Origin: Squalus acanthias
Taxonomy: Eukaryota
Direction of reading: 5' to 3'
Assembly (NCBI GenBank): GCA_030390025.1
Contig: CM059432.1
Coordinates: forward strand, 112,780,001 to 112,844,000
Length of the DNA stretch: 64,000 nucleotides
Shown: in pieces, positions 24,387-36,695 of the stretch
Layout: the number at the start of each line of letters is the position of its first letter
How positions within the stretch are numbered: position 1 is the stretch's first letter
Notes under the pieces: model-generated
The model's database searches: none
Told to the model about the DNA's origin: nothing
The model's input: only the letters and a program-made list of their open reading frames with translations
Translations under genes and position numbers: made by a program

Positions 24387-26869
24387 TAATTACTTTGCGT
24401 CATTATTTGCAGTAGAGGAAGAGGATAGCATGATGGAAATCCCAAGGAAACTAATATTGAATCAGGGACAGGGACTCAATAAAATTAACATAAGCAAAAT
24501 AACAGTAATGAAGAAAATGATGGCACTAAAGAGAGACAAATCCCCAGGACCAGATGGTTTTTATCCCAGGGTTTTAAAGGAAGGAGGTGAGCAAATTGCA
24601 ACTGCCCTAACTATAATCTTCCAAAGTTCTCTCGATTCAGGAAACGTTCCTTTGGATTGGAAAAGTGCACATGTCACTCCGCTTTTTAAGAATGGCCAGA
24701 GAGGGAAACCAGGGAATTATAGACCAGTTAGCCTAACATCTGTTGTCGGGAAATTACTAGAGCCTATAATTAAGGATAAGGTGACTGATCACCTCGAAAA
24801 TTTTCAGTTGATCAGAGAGAGCCAGCGTGGTTTTGTGAAAGGTAGGTCATGCCGACAAACCTGCCTGAATTTCTTGAGGAGGTGACTAAAGTAGTGGACA
24901 GGGGAATGTCTATGGATGTTATTTATATGGATTTCCAGAAGGCATTTGATAAAGTCGCATATGAGAGACTGTTAACTAAGGTAGAAACCCATAGAATTGA
25001 GGGAAAATTATTGACCTGGTTAGGAAATTGGCTGAGTGGCAGGGGATTAGGGATAATGGGTAGGTACTCAAATTGGCAGGATGTGACTAGTGGTGTCCCA
25101 CAGGGATCTGTGTTGGGGCCTCAACTAATCACAGTATTTATTAACGACTTAGATGATGGCATAGAAAGTCATATATCTAAATTTGCCAATAACACAAACA
25201 TAGGTGGCATTGTAGGCAGTGTAGATGGAAACATAAAATTATAAAGGGATATCGACAGATTAAGGGAATGGGCAAAACTGTGGCAAATGGATTTCAATAT
25301 AGGCAAATGTGAGGTCATCCACTTCGGACCTAAAAAGGATAGAACAGGGTACCTTACAAATAGTGAAATGCTAAAATCAGTGGAGGCCCAAAGAGACTTG
25401 GGGATCATTAAAATGTCATGTATAGGTACAGAAAATAATCAAAAAAGCTATGGAATGCTGGCCTTTATATCTAGAGGACTAGAATACAAGGGGGTAGAAG
25501 TTATGCTGCAGCTATACAAAGCCCTGGTTAGACCACACCTGGAGTACTGTGAGCAGTTCTGGGCACCACACCTTAGGAAGGATATATTGGCCTTGGAGGG
25601 AGTGCAGCGTAGATTTACCAGAATGATACCCGGACTTCAAGGGTTAAATTACGAGGAGAGATTACACAAATTAGGGTTGTATTCCCTAGAATTTAGAAGG
25701 TTAAGGGGTGAACTGATCGAAGTTTTGAAGATATTAAGGGGAACAGATAGGGTAGACAGAGAGAAACTATTTCCACTGGTTGGAGAGTCTCGGACTCAGG
25801 GGCATAGTCTAAAAATTAGAGCCAGACGTTTCAGGAGTGAAATTAGGAAACACTTCTACACACAAAGGGTGGTAGAAACTTGGAACTCTCTTCCGCAAAC
25901 GACAATTGATGTTAGATCAATTGTTCATTTTAAATCTGAGGTTGATACTTTTTGTTAACCAAAGGTATTAAGGGAAATGGGCCAAAGGTGGAGTTAGGTC
26001 GCAGATCAGCCATGATCTCATTGAATGATGGAACAGGCTCGAGGGGCTGAATGGCTTACTCCTGTTCCTATGTTCCTACGACCTTCTAGAGGAATACAGG
26101 ATTGTTAAGGGTGTAGAAAAGTTAACCCAGAATATTACTTTACACTGGGAATAGCATGAGGGGATACGGGTTCAATCAGAAAGAGGTAATTTTAGGACTG
26201 ATATCAGGAAATTCTTCTTCACATGGAGAGTAAGCTACATGTGGAACAAACTTCCAGATATAGTAGTGGAGACAAAAACCCTGGAATTATTTAAGAAACA
26301 ATTGAATGCTTTAATGGGAGTAACCATAGCGTCTCTCTGAATGGATGACTAAAATGGGATGAATGGCCTTTGTCATCTGTGATTATCTTGGGATCCTAGG
26401 ACACTGGACAGGGACAGGCATCAACAAATCGTCTATGCAATTGCTTACAGTATGATGGACCACTAAGCTTCCATTTCCACTATCTCTTCCATTCCCAGAA
26501 AAGCCAGAGATCCCCTGGAACAGGGTTTCTCTTTCATTCTCCATCCCCCAAAACCTCTGCTCAACAGAGTCTCACTCTCCCATCTCTTTAAGAAGCTCTT
26601 GCCTCCTCCCCTTAACAGATTCTCCTCTATCCCCCGCAAACCAGGGTAATGAGAGTTGACTTGCTGCACGTCCTCTTTAAGCTAACCATGTTGTTGCTCC
26701 TGTTGATAATGACTTAAATCTTTGAGGTGCTTCAGTTTTGCTAAATTTTATCAGCCGTTGTTGCTTTGCAACCAATTAAAGTGGAGACAATTGTAGAGAC
26801 TTAAACACTTTACGAATGAGAATAAAGAAAGCAAACTGGCTCGAAAGTAGGTAAAAGTCATGAAAGACT

Positions 26870-26985
26870 TCATATAAGCAGCACTATATGCAGTAATAAA
26901 TGTATGAGCAACACTCTAGACAATATTAAATATATTAGCAGCACTACATGTAGTACTAAATATATATTAAGTAGCACTGCATGTG
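26870..26985. repeat. Degenerate ~30-bp tandem repeat (about 4 units)
   Basis: Recurring agcagcacta..tg.agta.taaat.tat motif. Confidence 0.6.
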
Positions 26986-27695
26986 TGTGTATGTATATAT
27001 ATGTATGGGAGATGGGGTGGTTATGACAGAATGCATTTGTCATTAAAGTAGCCATTTTCATCAATCATGGAGCTAATAACTGAAGAAACACTATATAATG
27101 TATACACATACATGAAACTGGCTACATTAATGATGAATGCATTGTGTAGTCCTTAACCATCCCTACCTATCTCCCATCTTGTGTGCCATCTTAAAACATA
27201 ATTTACAATTTATGTATTCACCTGGCAACCCTCTCACGGCATTGTATTGAATAAATAGAAAAATGGCATATTTAGCCCTGGGTTTCTGTAGAGTCCGGGT
27301 GACTGCCTCCTTAAACCACTTCTGGCCATTTCATCCAACTGAGACTGGAGCGATTTGCAGGACGACAAAGTTCCTGAAGTTTACCAGCAGGTACCACAGA
27401 GTTTGTTGCCAAAGTCATATGCATTCTCGGTTTAAATCCAAGCCATTTGAGATTTATTAATCCGGAGGATCTGATTCATTATCATTTGGAGAGTCTTGAT
27501 TTAATAATAATTCTGTCAATCAGAAGAGTGACTGCACTCAGTATGCCTTTCTCTGTCCTCTGTAAGAACTCAACAAGGGATTTTGGTTTTGGCTTATGTG
27601 TTTGGGGGTTAAGGTTCTGTGAAAATTAGTATTATTCATCAAGTTCTTAATCACTGAAAACAAACGGCATCTGTTTATTATCTCCCTTTGTACAG

Positions 27696-27807
27696 AAGAC
27701 AAAAACGGCTGTCCCTATAGTGGTGCATGCTGGTCCCAAGTGGCTGATGGATGTGACTTGGCGAGGAACAGAGGACAACAACAACAACTGTGTTGTGTAC
27801 AGCAAAG
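27696..27807 (+). CDS. ZFPM2: Internal coding exon of ZFPM2 (FOG-2), PR/SET-like domain segment; phase 0 start, phase 1 end
   Basis: Pyrimidine tract plus acceptor (tctccctttgtacAG, ending 27695) and donor AAAG|GTAAAA (GT at 27808). The 112 nt translate to [37 protein letters not shown](G), closely matching human ZFPM2 as I recall it ([38 protein letters not shown]). Not present in the supplied ORF track. Confidence 0.93.
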
Positions 27808-28589
27808 GTAAAAACACATTGTTATTCTCCTTTTGTGTGAAATTATACCTGTGAAGTGATATAATGTGTGCATTTGTGGAATGGAATTGCTTTGTAACTG
27901 AAATATGTTGTGTTTTTTAAATTTTAGCAGTTATATTGCTTTTATCCAAAATATTATGACTACAACTACAATTTACCAGAATCAGTGCTTATAATGAAGA
28001 GAGGCTTTGAGAGGGTTATTATAATGAGCATTCATTGCAGAAAAAACAGATGTTACTGCCAATATATCACAACTTGAATTCAAGAGGCACAGATCATTCT
28101 AGGTCCGTCCTTTCCCATCGAAAAGAAACACTGATTCCTTAATGCATGTATCGAGATAAAGATTCTATTGTAGAGCAGGACTTGCTGGTACTACAATAGA
28201 ATCGCTCTCAATCCACAAGTCTATATATGCAGCGTTTTTTTCCCAGGAGAAGTGGAGGGGCTGGGGGTGGAGCGGGTGCAGTGATGTTCCATGTTCCATG
28301 TTTGATATAAAATCTTGTGCATAAAAATATTTCCAGTGACTGGAACTGGAAGAACTGAGAGAAATTGCTCATTATCTGATTAAATTACATCAGTGAAGTG
28401 TACATATAAATAACAATCTGAGTAGTTAACAGATAATGCACTGTCAGATCAGTGAAGAGCCTTTCACTGATGACCTGGTGTGAAAAGCAGTAAGATAAAA
28501 ACTAGCAAACAAAGTTTGTGCTCCTGGTGAATAAGGTTTGCTTGAGCCGCTGTGGTTTACTCATGGTGACGTTGTTATGAGAGATGCAT

Positions 28590-28877
28590 AAAGTGTAGTC
28601 ACCATTGTAATGTAGGAAATGTAGTAGCCAAAATTGCACACAGCAAGCTCCCACAAACAGCAACATGATAATAACCAGATAATCTTATTCAGATAGTGCC
28701 GTGGGATCTTTTACGTCTACCTGAGAGGGCAGAGAGGGCCTCAGTTTAAGGACGCATCCGAAGGACGGCACCGCCGACAGTGCAGCACTCGCTCAGTACT
28801 GCACTGGAGTGGAACTTGAACCCACAACCTTCTGAGTCAGAGACGAGAGTGCTGCCCACTGAGCCACAGCTGACACA
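28590..28877 (-). mobile_element. Deu-domain SINE with internal deletions
   Basis: Reverse complement of the 23917 family. Confidence 0.85.
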
Positions 28878-29931
28878 GCTAACCCAAGGGAAGGGGAAGA
28901 ATGTCAGCATTGACTGGCAAGCAGGGTGGCCCATCGTTCATCACCTGGTGATGGACAAGGAGGACGAGACTTACCAATCTGTAAAATCATTAAGCAAGTG
29001 GGTAATGGTGTCAGCGCTGTAACCTAATTTGAAGGACAGCTGGCCGGTTTACACTGTACAGGGGCTGTGGGAGAGGCCTGGCTGGTGATGGGGATGAATG
29101 TTTACAGCACGCAGGGCGGGGTGGGTTTATGCTAGCAAGCTAGGCTGGAGCATGCCTGAGCACCGTAGACATTAAAGTTCCCAAATAATAGCTATTTGTA
29201 TTTTGGTTGCTGCAGTAGTTATTTTAGGTAAGTACTTGTGGTAACTTTTCTATTCCAATCGGTTCCTTTTTCTATTTGCCTCCTCCTACTTTCGCTGCAT
29301 CTTTACCTAAGACTATAGCCTACCAGTGAGGGAATTATCAGGTCATTTTGGGAATGAGGTGCTTGGAAACCCTTTCAATAAATTTTTTCCACCAGTCATT
29401 TTTCATTGAAGTGGAGGGCGAAATGGCATTTAGATTCCCACCCTCAGCTCCCAGTGCCTGTGTGTGTGGCAGATTTGCCAAACCTCCCGGAATACAAATG
29501 CTGCCTGACTTGCTGAACATTTCCAGCAGGTTCTGCTTTTGTTTAAAATTATAAAGAATTGACCATTGATTTCTCAGTGGTGTTTGGGAATCGGATAGCA
29601 CACGTCTCGAGGGTGGTAGGGACCCATTCATGGGGGCACTTGGGAAATTTTGCAATACCCAGTCTGCCCCTGTCAGTGAGTAAATACATTCTTATAGGCT
29701 CACGGGGTGCAAAAATACCTAACTACAGGGTATCTAGCCTTTATAAGCTAAATGCAATAACATTTTCAAACTGCGGACAAGTGTCACGTGATCGAGTGTC
29801 ACATGATCAAACCTCCAGGAATATGTCCAACCAAAGTTGGCAATCCTAGGGTCTCATGATGCAATTAGGAACTAACACCATTTTAACCAAAAATTGTATA
29901 AGTCCCGCCCAGCGCCTGACCCACCAGTTAA

Positions 29932-30308
29932 AGAACATAAGAAATAGGAGCAGGAATAGGCCACTTGACCCCTCGAGCCTGCTCCACCATTCAATAAGAT
30001 CATGGCTGATCTAGGGCTCAAAGCCACTTCCTCGCCCGCTCCCCGTAACCCTTCACTCCCTTATCTTGCAAAAATGTGTCTATCTCCACTTTAAATGTAT
30101 TTAATGACCCAGCCTCCACAGCTCTCTGGGGCAGAGAATTCCACAAATTTACGACCCTCTGAGAGAAGAAGTTCCTCCTCATCTCAGTTCTAAAAGGGCG
30201 ACCCTTTATTCTGAGACTATGCCCCCAAGTTCTAGATTTCCCCATGAGGGGAAACATCCTCTCTGCATCTACCCTGTCGAGCCCCCTCAATATCTTATAT
30301 GTTTCGAT
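29932..30308 (-). mobile_element. CR1 3' end
   Basis: ORF 30018-30290 (RNFFSQRVVNLWNSLP) and tail aagaacataagaa. Confidence 0.92.
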
Positions 30309-30309
30309 G

Positions 30310-30677
30310 GTGTCTGAGCCACTGAAGCAGTATTTAAAGGGCCACTCATCTGCAGGTAATTGGATGAGAGGAGTATTCTGCTGTTTGGATTGCCAGGAGT
30401 TTTTCCAGCTTCCAGGTCACTCCTTTCTCACTTTTTCTGCCTTATCAATTTAATTAAGCATTATTTGCTTATCATGGCTGCTTTTCTTACAAGTTTTATT
30501 TGGCTAGAGGAACAGTTGGTGGAAGAGGGGCAGCAGCAGCCTCAGCAACCAGCACTGGCAGCTACTGTGCCTATTACAAGTCCGCAGGTGAGGGGAGGGG
30601 GTGCTCGTAGGAGGCCATACTCAGCATACAAGGAATACAGGCCAGGAGTCACTTTCTTAGACCTATCTGAAGAGCAA
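30310..30677 (+). pseudogene. 5' remnant of a Harbinger transposase gene
   Basis: ARRRPYSAYKEYRPGVTFLDLSEEQ resembles the transposase N-terminus at about 12160 ([18 protein letters not shown]). Confidence 0.6.
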
Positions 30678-31183
30678 CTATCTAATAGTGACCATAATAT
30701 AATTGAGTTCAACGTAGTGTTTGGAAGGGAGAAACACAAAACAGCTACTAAGTTTCTAGACTTAGATAAGGCCGACTTCAACGGGATGAGACAGAGACTG
30801 TCCACAGTAAACTGGGCAAATCTGTCAATGGGTAAAATGACAGAAGATCAGTGGGAGGTGTTCAAAAAAGAATTTAACGTTATACAGAACCAGTTTATAC
30901 CCCTAAGGGGCAAGACTTTTACTTGCCAAAAGTAAGGGACAACATAAAAACTAAATGAAAAAGCATACAAGAATGCAAAAAAATAACACAGATCCTGGTG
31001 AATGGGAGAGATACAAAGAACAGCAATGAGTGACAAAGCAGATAGTAAGAGCTACAAAAAGGGAGTATGAAAAGAAATCAGCAAGGAATATCAAAATCAA
31101 CACAAAAAACTTTACAATTATAGTAGGAAAAGAGAGTGGTTATGAGCAATGTTGGCCCCTTAAAAACTGATAATGGTGATATT

Positions 31184-31890
31184 GGCCCTGAAATTAGCCT
31201 CTCCGGCTTGCCGCGGGGGTAAGGATTGCGCGCGCACTTACCTACCACGTCTGCCGTTGTGTTCTGGGCCCACGGGAACTTCAGCTCCTGGGCCTGCTCC
31301 AAGACCCGGCGCGCAGTGCTTGCGTGTCCCTGGGATCACGTGGGCCATGGAGAGCCAATGGCAGCAGACCAGTCAAATGTATGAATTGAAATCGGCCCCA
31401 AAAGAACAGCTAAACTTAAAATAAATTTTTTGAAAAAACCATCACATTTATAAAATAACTATAGTTAAATAAATTAACCACTTTAAACAAAAATTTAAAT
31501 TTTTGAAAAAATTAAAATACTTTTTAACAGTGCTAAAAATAAACTTACCTTTCTTTAAAGTATCTAAAAAAGATAAACCTGTTGAAAATGTTTTTAAATT
31601 ATACTTAATTAACCACTTACCTTGTTGAAAACGGCTCCTGCGCCTCCTTTTTAAATGTGCAGGTTCTTCAATACTTACCCTCCCGTAGAAACCTGAAAAA
31701 AAAACTAAGTTTGCTGCGTGCGCGCAGCCTCTACCGCGCACGCGGTTCACCTAGGAACCGCCCCCTTCACCAGACCAGAAGTTCCGGTTTCCCGTGCATG
31801 CGCAGTGCATGCAGGAAACCGGCACTTTGGGACGCCTTACGGGTGAGTACGCATTGTGTACTCACCCGGGAAGGGCCAAATTTTTGGCCC
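31184..31890. mobile_element. Harbinger-type MITE with AT-rich core (family of 37668 and 48006)
   Basis: GGCCCTGAAATT / AATTTTTGGCCC ends; high similarity to 48006-48770. Confidence 0.88.
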
Positions 31891-33346
31891 AAGATAAATG
31901 AAAATAAGGAAATGGTGGACATGTTGAATAATTACTTTGCATCAGTATTTACAGTAGAGGAAGAGGATAGCATGCTGGACATCCCAAGGAAACTCATATT
32001 GAATCAATGACCGGGACTCACCAAAATTAATGTAAGCAAATTAACAGGAATGAAGAAAATTATGGCACTAAAGAATGACAGATCCCCAGGGCCAGATGGT
32101 TTTCATCCCAGGGTTTTAAAGGAAGTAGGTGAGAACATTGCAACTGCCCTAACTATGATCTTCCAAAGTTCTCTCAATTCAGGAACCGTTCCTTTAGATT
32201 GGAAAATTGCACATGTTTCTCCACTATTTAAGATAGTTGAGAGGGGGAAACCAGGGAATTATAGACCAGTTAGCCTAACATCTGTTGTCGGGAAATTTAC
32301 TAGAGTCTATAATTAAGGATGGAGTCACTGAACACCTTGAAAATTTTCAGTTGATCAGAGAGAGCCAGCATGAATTTGTGAAATGTAGGTCATGCCTGAC
32401 AAACACGATTGATTTTTTTGAGGAGGTGACTAAAGTAGTGAACAGGGGAATGTCTTTGGATGTTAGTTATATGGACTTCCAGAAGGCATTGGATAAAGTC
32501 CATCATAAGAGACTGTTAGCTAAAGTTGAAGCTCATGGAATTGAGGGCAAATTATTGACCTGGTTAGGAGATTGGCTGAGCGGCAGGAGACAGAGAGTAG
32601 GGATAATGGGCACGTACTCAAATTGGCAGGATGTGACTAGTGGAGTCTCGCAAGGATCTGTGTTGGGGCATCAACTATTCACCGTATTTATTAACAACGT
32701 AGATGATGGGATAGAGAGCCACAAATCCAAGTTTGCTGATGACACAAAGATAGGCGACATTGTAAGCAGTGTAGATGCAAGCATAAAATTACAAAGAGAT
32801 ATTAATAGATGAAGTGAATGGGCAAAATTGTGGCAAATGGATTTCAATGTATGCAAGTGTGAGGTCATCCACTTTGGACTTAAAAAGGATAGAACAGGGT
32901 GCTTTCTAAATGGTGAAAAGCTAAAAACAGCGGATGTCCAAAGAGACTTGGGAGTTCAGGTACATATATCATGAAAATGTCATGAACAGAGAAAATAATC
33001 AAAAAGGCTAATGGGATGCTGGCCTTTATATCTAGAGGACAAGAATACAAGGGGGTAGAAGTCATGCTACAGCTGTACAAAACCCTGGTCAGACCACACC
33101 TGGAGTACTGTGAGCAGTTCTTGGCATCACTTTAGGAAGGATATATTGGCCTTGGAGTGAGTGCAGTATAGGTTTACCAGAATGATACCGGGACTCCAAA
33201 GGTTAAATTATGAGGAGAGATTGCACAAACTAGGGTTGTATTCCCTGGAATTTAGTCAGGGGCTATTTGATCGAAGTTTTTAAGATATTAAGGGGAACTG
33301 ATAGGGTAGGTAGAGAGAAACTATTTCCGCTGGTTGGGGAATCTAA

Positions 33347-34612
33347 GGGCTGGATTTTACCAACCTTGGCGGGTCTGTGGTGGGCGACGTTCACTGCCGG
33401 CTCCAGCCCGCTCTGTAGAATGAATTTTGCCTGAGAGGGCTTGTTAAGCCCGCCCAACACATTTCCCGGCCAACTGAAGGAAGCGGGTCTGATGACGTCA
33501 TTCGATGACGCGTCATCAGCCGGTTTCCTTAAAGGGACCATGTGCAGATTAATTTTGACATTTGTGCTGTCAGTGTTCTACAGCATTGAGGTGCTGCAAA
33601 CACTGACAAGCACTGCACAGAGGTGCAGGGCTGCACCCAGGCTCTCCCATGACTCCCTCCATATGCTTATGGAGGGAATCACAGCACTCAGGGAGGTTCT
33701 CTTCCCTTCCAATGGGCGGAAGAGACCTCCCCAGGAGATCAACACAGCCTGGTTGCACATTGCACAGGAGGGCACAAGCAGGGATGCCATCATGAGGGCT
33801 AGGCTGCAGTGGTGCCAACCTGGCACATCATGTGGCAGCCAGGGTGTACAGCGTCAAGTGAAGTAAATCTGGCCATGGTGAGAATATCCCTGCCCTCCTG
33901 GGCAGCAATGTGGTCAGGTGCTGATGCCCTCTGTCCTGTGCAGCATCAGTTTATTGCGGAGATGGTTGGTATTGTTGTTGATGCTGCTGGTGTGCCTGGT
34001 GCTGCTGGTGTTGGGGCTGATCGTGGTGGGATTCTGATGACCAAGGTGAGATAGTTTCAAGGGCACCGATGCTGATGTAATAGATGGCAGGTGAGGTTGA
34101 GATGACAGAAGCGATCTGTCAATGGTGAGATAGGTTGTTCCAATGAGGTGACACTGGATAGAAAGTTTACTCCAAAGACTTGCAACCTGCATAAATCTGA
34201 TTTCCAAATGCAGTAAGCAGCAGCTTCTGAGCTTGGAAAGTGAACAGATGTGAGATGGGAGCTTTTATAGCACATTTGCAGCTGTCAAGTAATGAGATGA
34301 TCCCATGGTCATACAATTCCCGACTTCTTTACCTGACGTGATCCCCGAGCAGCGTGGACCCCGTGGGCGACCTCATAAAATGTAAAGGTGAGCTCAAAAT
34401 AGTTCTTAATGGGCTGTTAACAAGGTCATAATGACCTGAATTGTCTCCCCCGCCGCTGCGTGTCAGGTCTGCTCAGCACTGACAGACCCGACATCTGGGA
34501 AAGTCGCGTGGTGGCCAGTTGACAGCGGGATCCCGACCCGCTGTCAAAACATTTTTTTTTCCAACCGACCCACCACCGAACGTGCCCGCTCACGCCCCGA
34601 AAAATTCCCCCC
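33347..34612. mobile_element. Internally deleted Harbinger element with a Myb 5' remnant
   Basis: GGGCTGGATTTT / AAAATTCCCCCC ends; TAA/TAG flanks; AAPRLSHDSLHMLMEG..REVLFPSNGRKRP..AWLHIAQE; inverted relative of 22629 and 44557. Confidence 0.85.
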
Positions 34613-34719
34613 TAGGACTAGGGGACATAGCCTAAAAATTAGAGCCAGGCCTTTCAGGAGTGAATTTAGTATACACTTCTACACGTAAAGGGTTGTGTAA
34701 GTTTGGAACTCTCTTCCAC

Positions 34720-35941
34720 AAACAACAACAACAACTTACATTTATATAGAGCATTTAATGTACTAAAAGATATCAAGGCACTTCACAAGAGCGATATCAA
34801 TAAAAAAAAAAAACATTTTTTGTCATCGAGCCACAGAAGGAGATATCAGGACAGATGATCAAAAGCTTGTTCAAAGAGGTAGGTTTTAAGGAGCATCTTA
34901 AAAAAGAATAGAGAGGCAGAGAGGTTTAGGGAGGGAATTCCAGAGCTTAGACCAAGGCAGCTGAAAGCACAGCTGCCAGTGGTGGAGCGATTAAAATTAG
35001 GGATGCACAAGAGGCCAGAAGTGGAAGAGCGCAGAGATCTCGAAGGTTTGTGGGGCTAGAGGAGATTACAGAGATAGGGAGGGGCGAGGCCATGGAGGGA
35101 TTTGAAAACAAGGATGAGGATTTTAAAACTGAGGCGTTGTAGCACCGGGAGCCAGTGAAGGTCAGCCAGCACAGGGGTAATGGGTAAACGAGATTTGGAA
35201 TGAGTTAAGATACAGGCTGCACAGTTTTGGATGAACACAAGTTTATGTAGCGTGGAAGATGGGAGGCCGGCCAGGAGTGTGTTGGAATAGTCAAGTCTAG
35301 AGGTAACAAAGGCATGGATGAGGGTTTCAGCAGCAGATAAGCTGAGGCAGGGTTGGAGCCGAGCGATGTTACGGAGGTGGAAGTAAGCAGGCTTGTGATG
35401 GAGCGGATATGTGGTCGGAAACTCATCTCAGGGTCAAACACAACACCAAGGTTGCGAACGGTCTGGCTCAGCTTAAAACTGTTGCCAGGGATGGAAACGG
35501 TGGCGAGGGAATGGAGTTTGCGCCGGGTCCAAAGACAATGACTTCAGTTTTCCAATATTTAGTTGGAGGAAATTTCTGCTTATCCAATATTGGATATCGG
35601 ACAAGCAGTGTGACAAATCAGAGACACTGGAGGGGGTCCAACGAGGTGGTGGTGCGATAGAGCTGAGTGTCGTCAGCATACATGTGGAACCTGATGTTGT
35701 GTTTTTAGATGATATCGCCGAGCGGCAGCATTTAGATGAGAAATAGAAGGGACCAAGATAGATCCTTGGGGGACTCCAGACGTAATGATGCGGGAGCGGG
35801 AAGAGAAGCCATTGCAAGTGATTCTCTGGATGCGATTAGATAGATAAGAACGGAACCAAGATAGAGCAGTTCCACCCAGTTGGACGACAGAGGAGAGGCA
35901 TTGGAGGAAGATGGTGTGGTCAACTGTGTCGAAGGCTACAG
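34720..35941 (-). mobile_element. L2 LINE 3' portion
   Basis: (AAC)n tail then cttacatttatatag; minus ORFs IQNCAACILT..PITPVLADLHWLPV..FKILILVFKSLHGLAPPYL. Confidence 0.9.
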
Positions 35942-35957
35942 TTGATGCTGGATTAGT

Positions 35958-36695
35958 TCATAGAATCATAGAAATTTATGGCACAGAAGGAGGCCATTTG
36001 GTCCATTGTGTCTGCGCTGGTCGAAAAAGAAATATCCAGTCTAATCCCACTTTCCAGCTCTTGTTCCATAGCCTTGTAGGTTATGGCACTTCAAGTGCAT
36101 ATCCAAGTACTTTTTAAATGCAATGAGGGTTTCTGCCTCTACCACCCTATCAGGCAGTGAGTTCCAGACCCCCGCCACCCTCTAGGTGAAAAAAGTTCTC
36201 CTCAACTCCTCTCTAATCCTTCTACTAATTACTTTAAATCTATGCTTCCTGGTTATTGACCTCTCTGCTAAGGGAAGTAGGTCCTTCCTATCCACTCTAT
36301 CTAGACCCCTCATAATTTTGTACACCTCAATTAAGTCTCCCCTCAGCCTCCTCTGTTCCAAAGAAAACAACCCCAGCCTATCCAATCTTTCCTCATAGCT
36401 AAAATTCTCGAGTCCTGGCAACATCCTCATAAATCTCCTCTGTACCCTCTCTAGTGCGATCACATCTTTCCTGTAATGTGTTGACCAGAACTTGTATGCT
36501 ATACTCTAGCTGTGGCCTAACTCGTGCTTTATACAGTTCTAGCTTAACCTCCCTGCTCTTTTATTGTACGCCTCGGCTAATAAAGTAAAGTATCCCGTAT
36601 GCCTTCTTAACCACTTTATCTACCTGTCCTGCTACCTTCAGGGATCTGTGGACATGCGCTCCAAGGTCCCTCTGTTCCTCTACATTTCTCAGTAT
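35958..36695 (-). mobile_element. CR1 3' portion (third subfamily)
   Basis: ORF 36182-36463 (LERVQRRFMRMLPG); tail catagaatcatagaa. Confidence 0.92.

Larger units (their letters stand above)
22615..26079 (+). mobile_element. 5'-truncated CR1 LINE (ORF2 RT region plus 3'UTR) interrupted by a Harbinger derivative and a SINE
   Basis: ORFs 24430-25958 give [37 protein letters not shown] and the CR1 C-terminus; tail tgttcctatgttccta. Confidence 0.95.
21830..26398 (+). mobile_element. Old CR1 (21830-21878, 22016-22615, 26080-26398) interrupted by younger elements
   Basis: Degenerate RT motifs (ADDTKLG; ERDLGV..KANRIFNYI..LYSALVRLYLEYYVQFWSP) that resume after 26080. Confidence 0.75.
30678..34722 (+). 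mobile_element. 5'-truncated CR1, same subfamily as 22615-26079, interrupted by two Harbinger elements and cut by an L2
   Basis: SDHNIIEF endonuclease tail; RT ORFs 32050-32812; sequence resumes at 34613 (taggactaggggacatag). Confidence 0.93.

Noticed and set aside
26870..26985. CRISPR-like repeat-spacer array (also considered at 52740-53150)
   Set aside because: Vertebrate intron; units are degenerate tandem repeats without unique spacers or cas genes.
29465..29850. Second hAT-Blackjack-like element (right end GTTGGCAATCCTA at about 29836-29848)
   Set aside because: The left terminus and TSD could not be identified convincingly.
30360..30935. 191-aa ORF as a novel gene
   Set aside because: Chance in-frame fusion of a Harbinger transposase 5' remnant and a CR1 ORF2 fragment.
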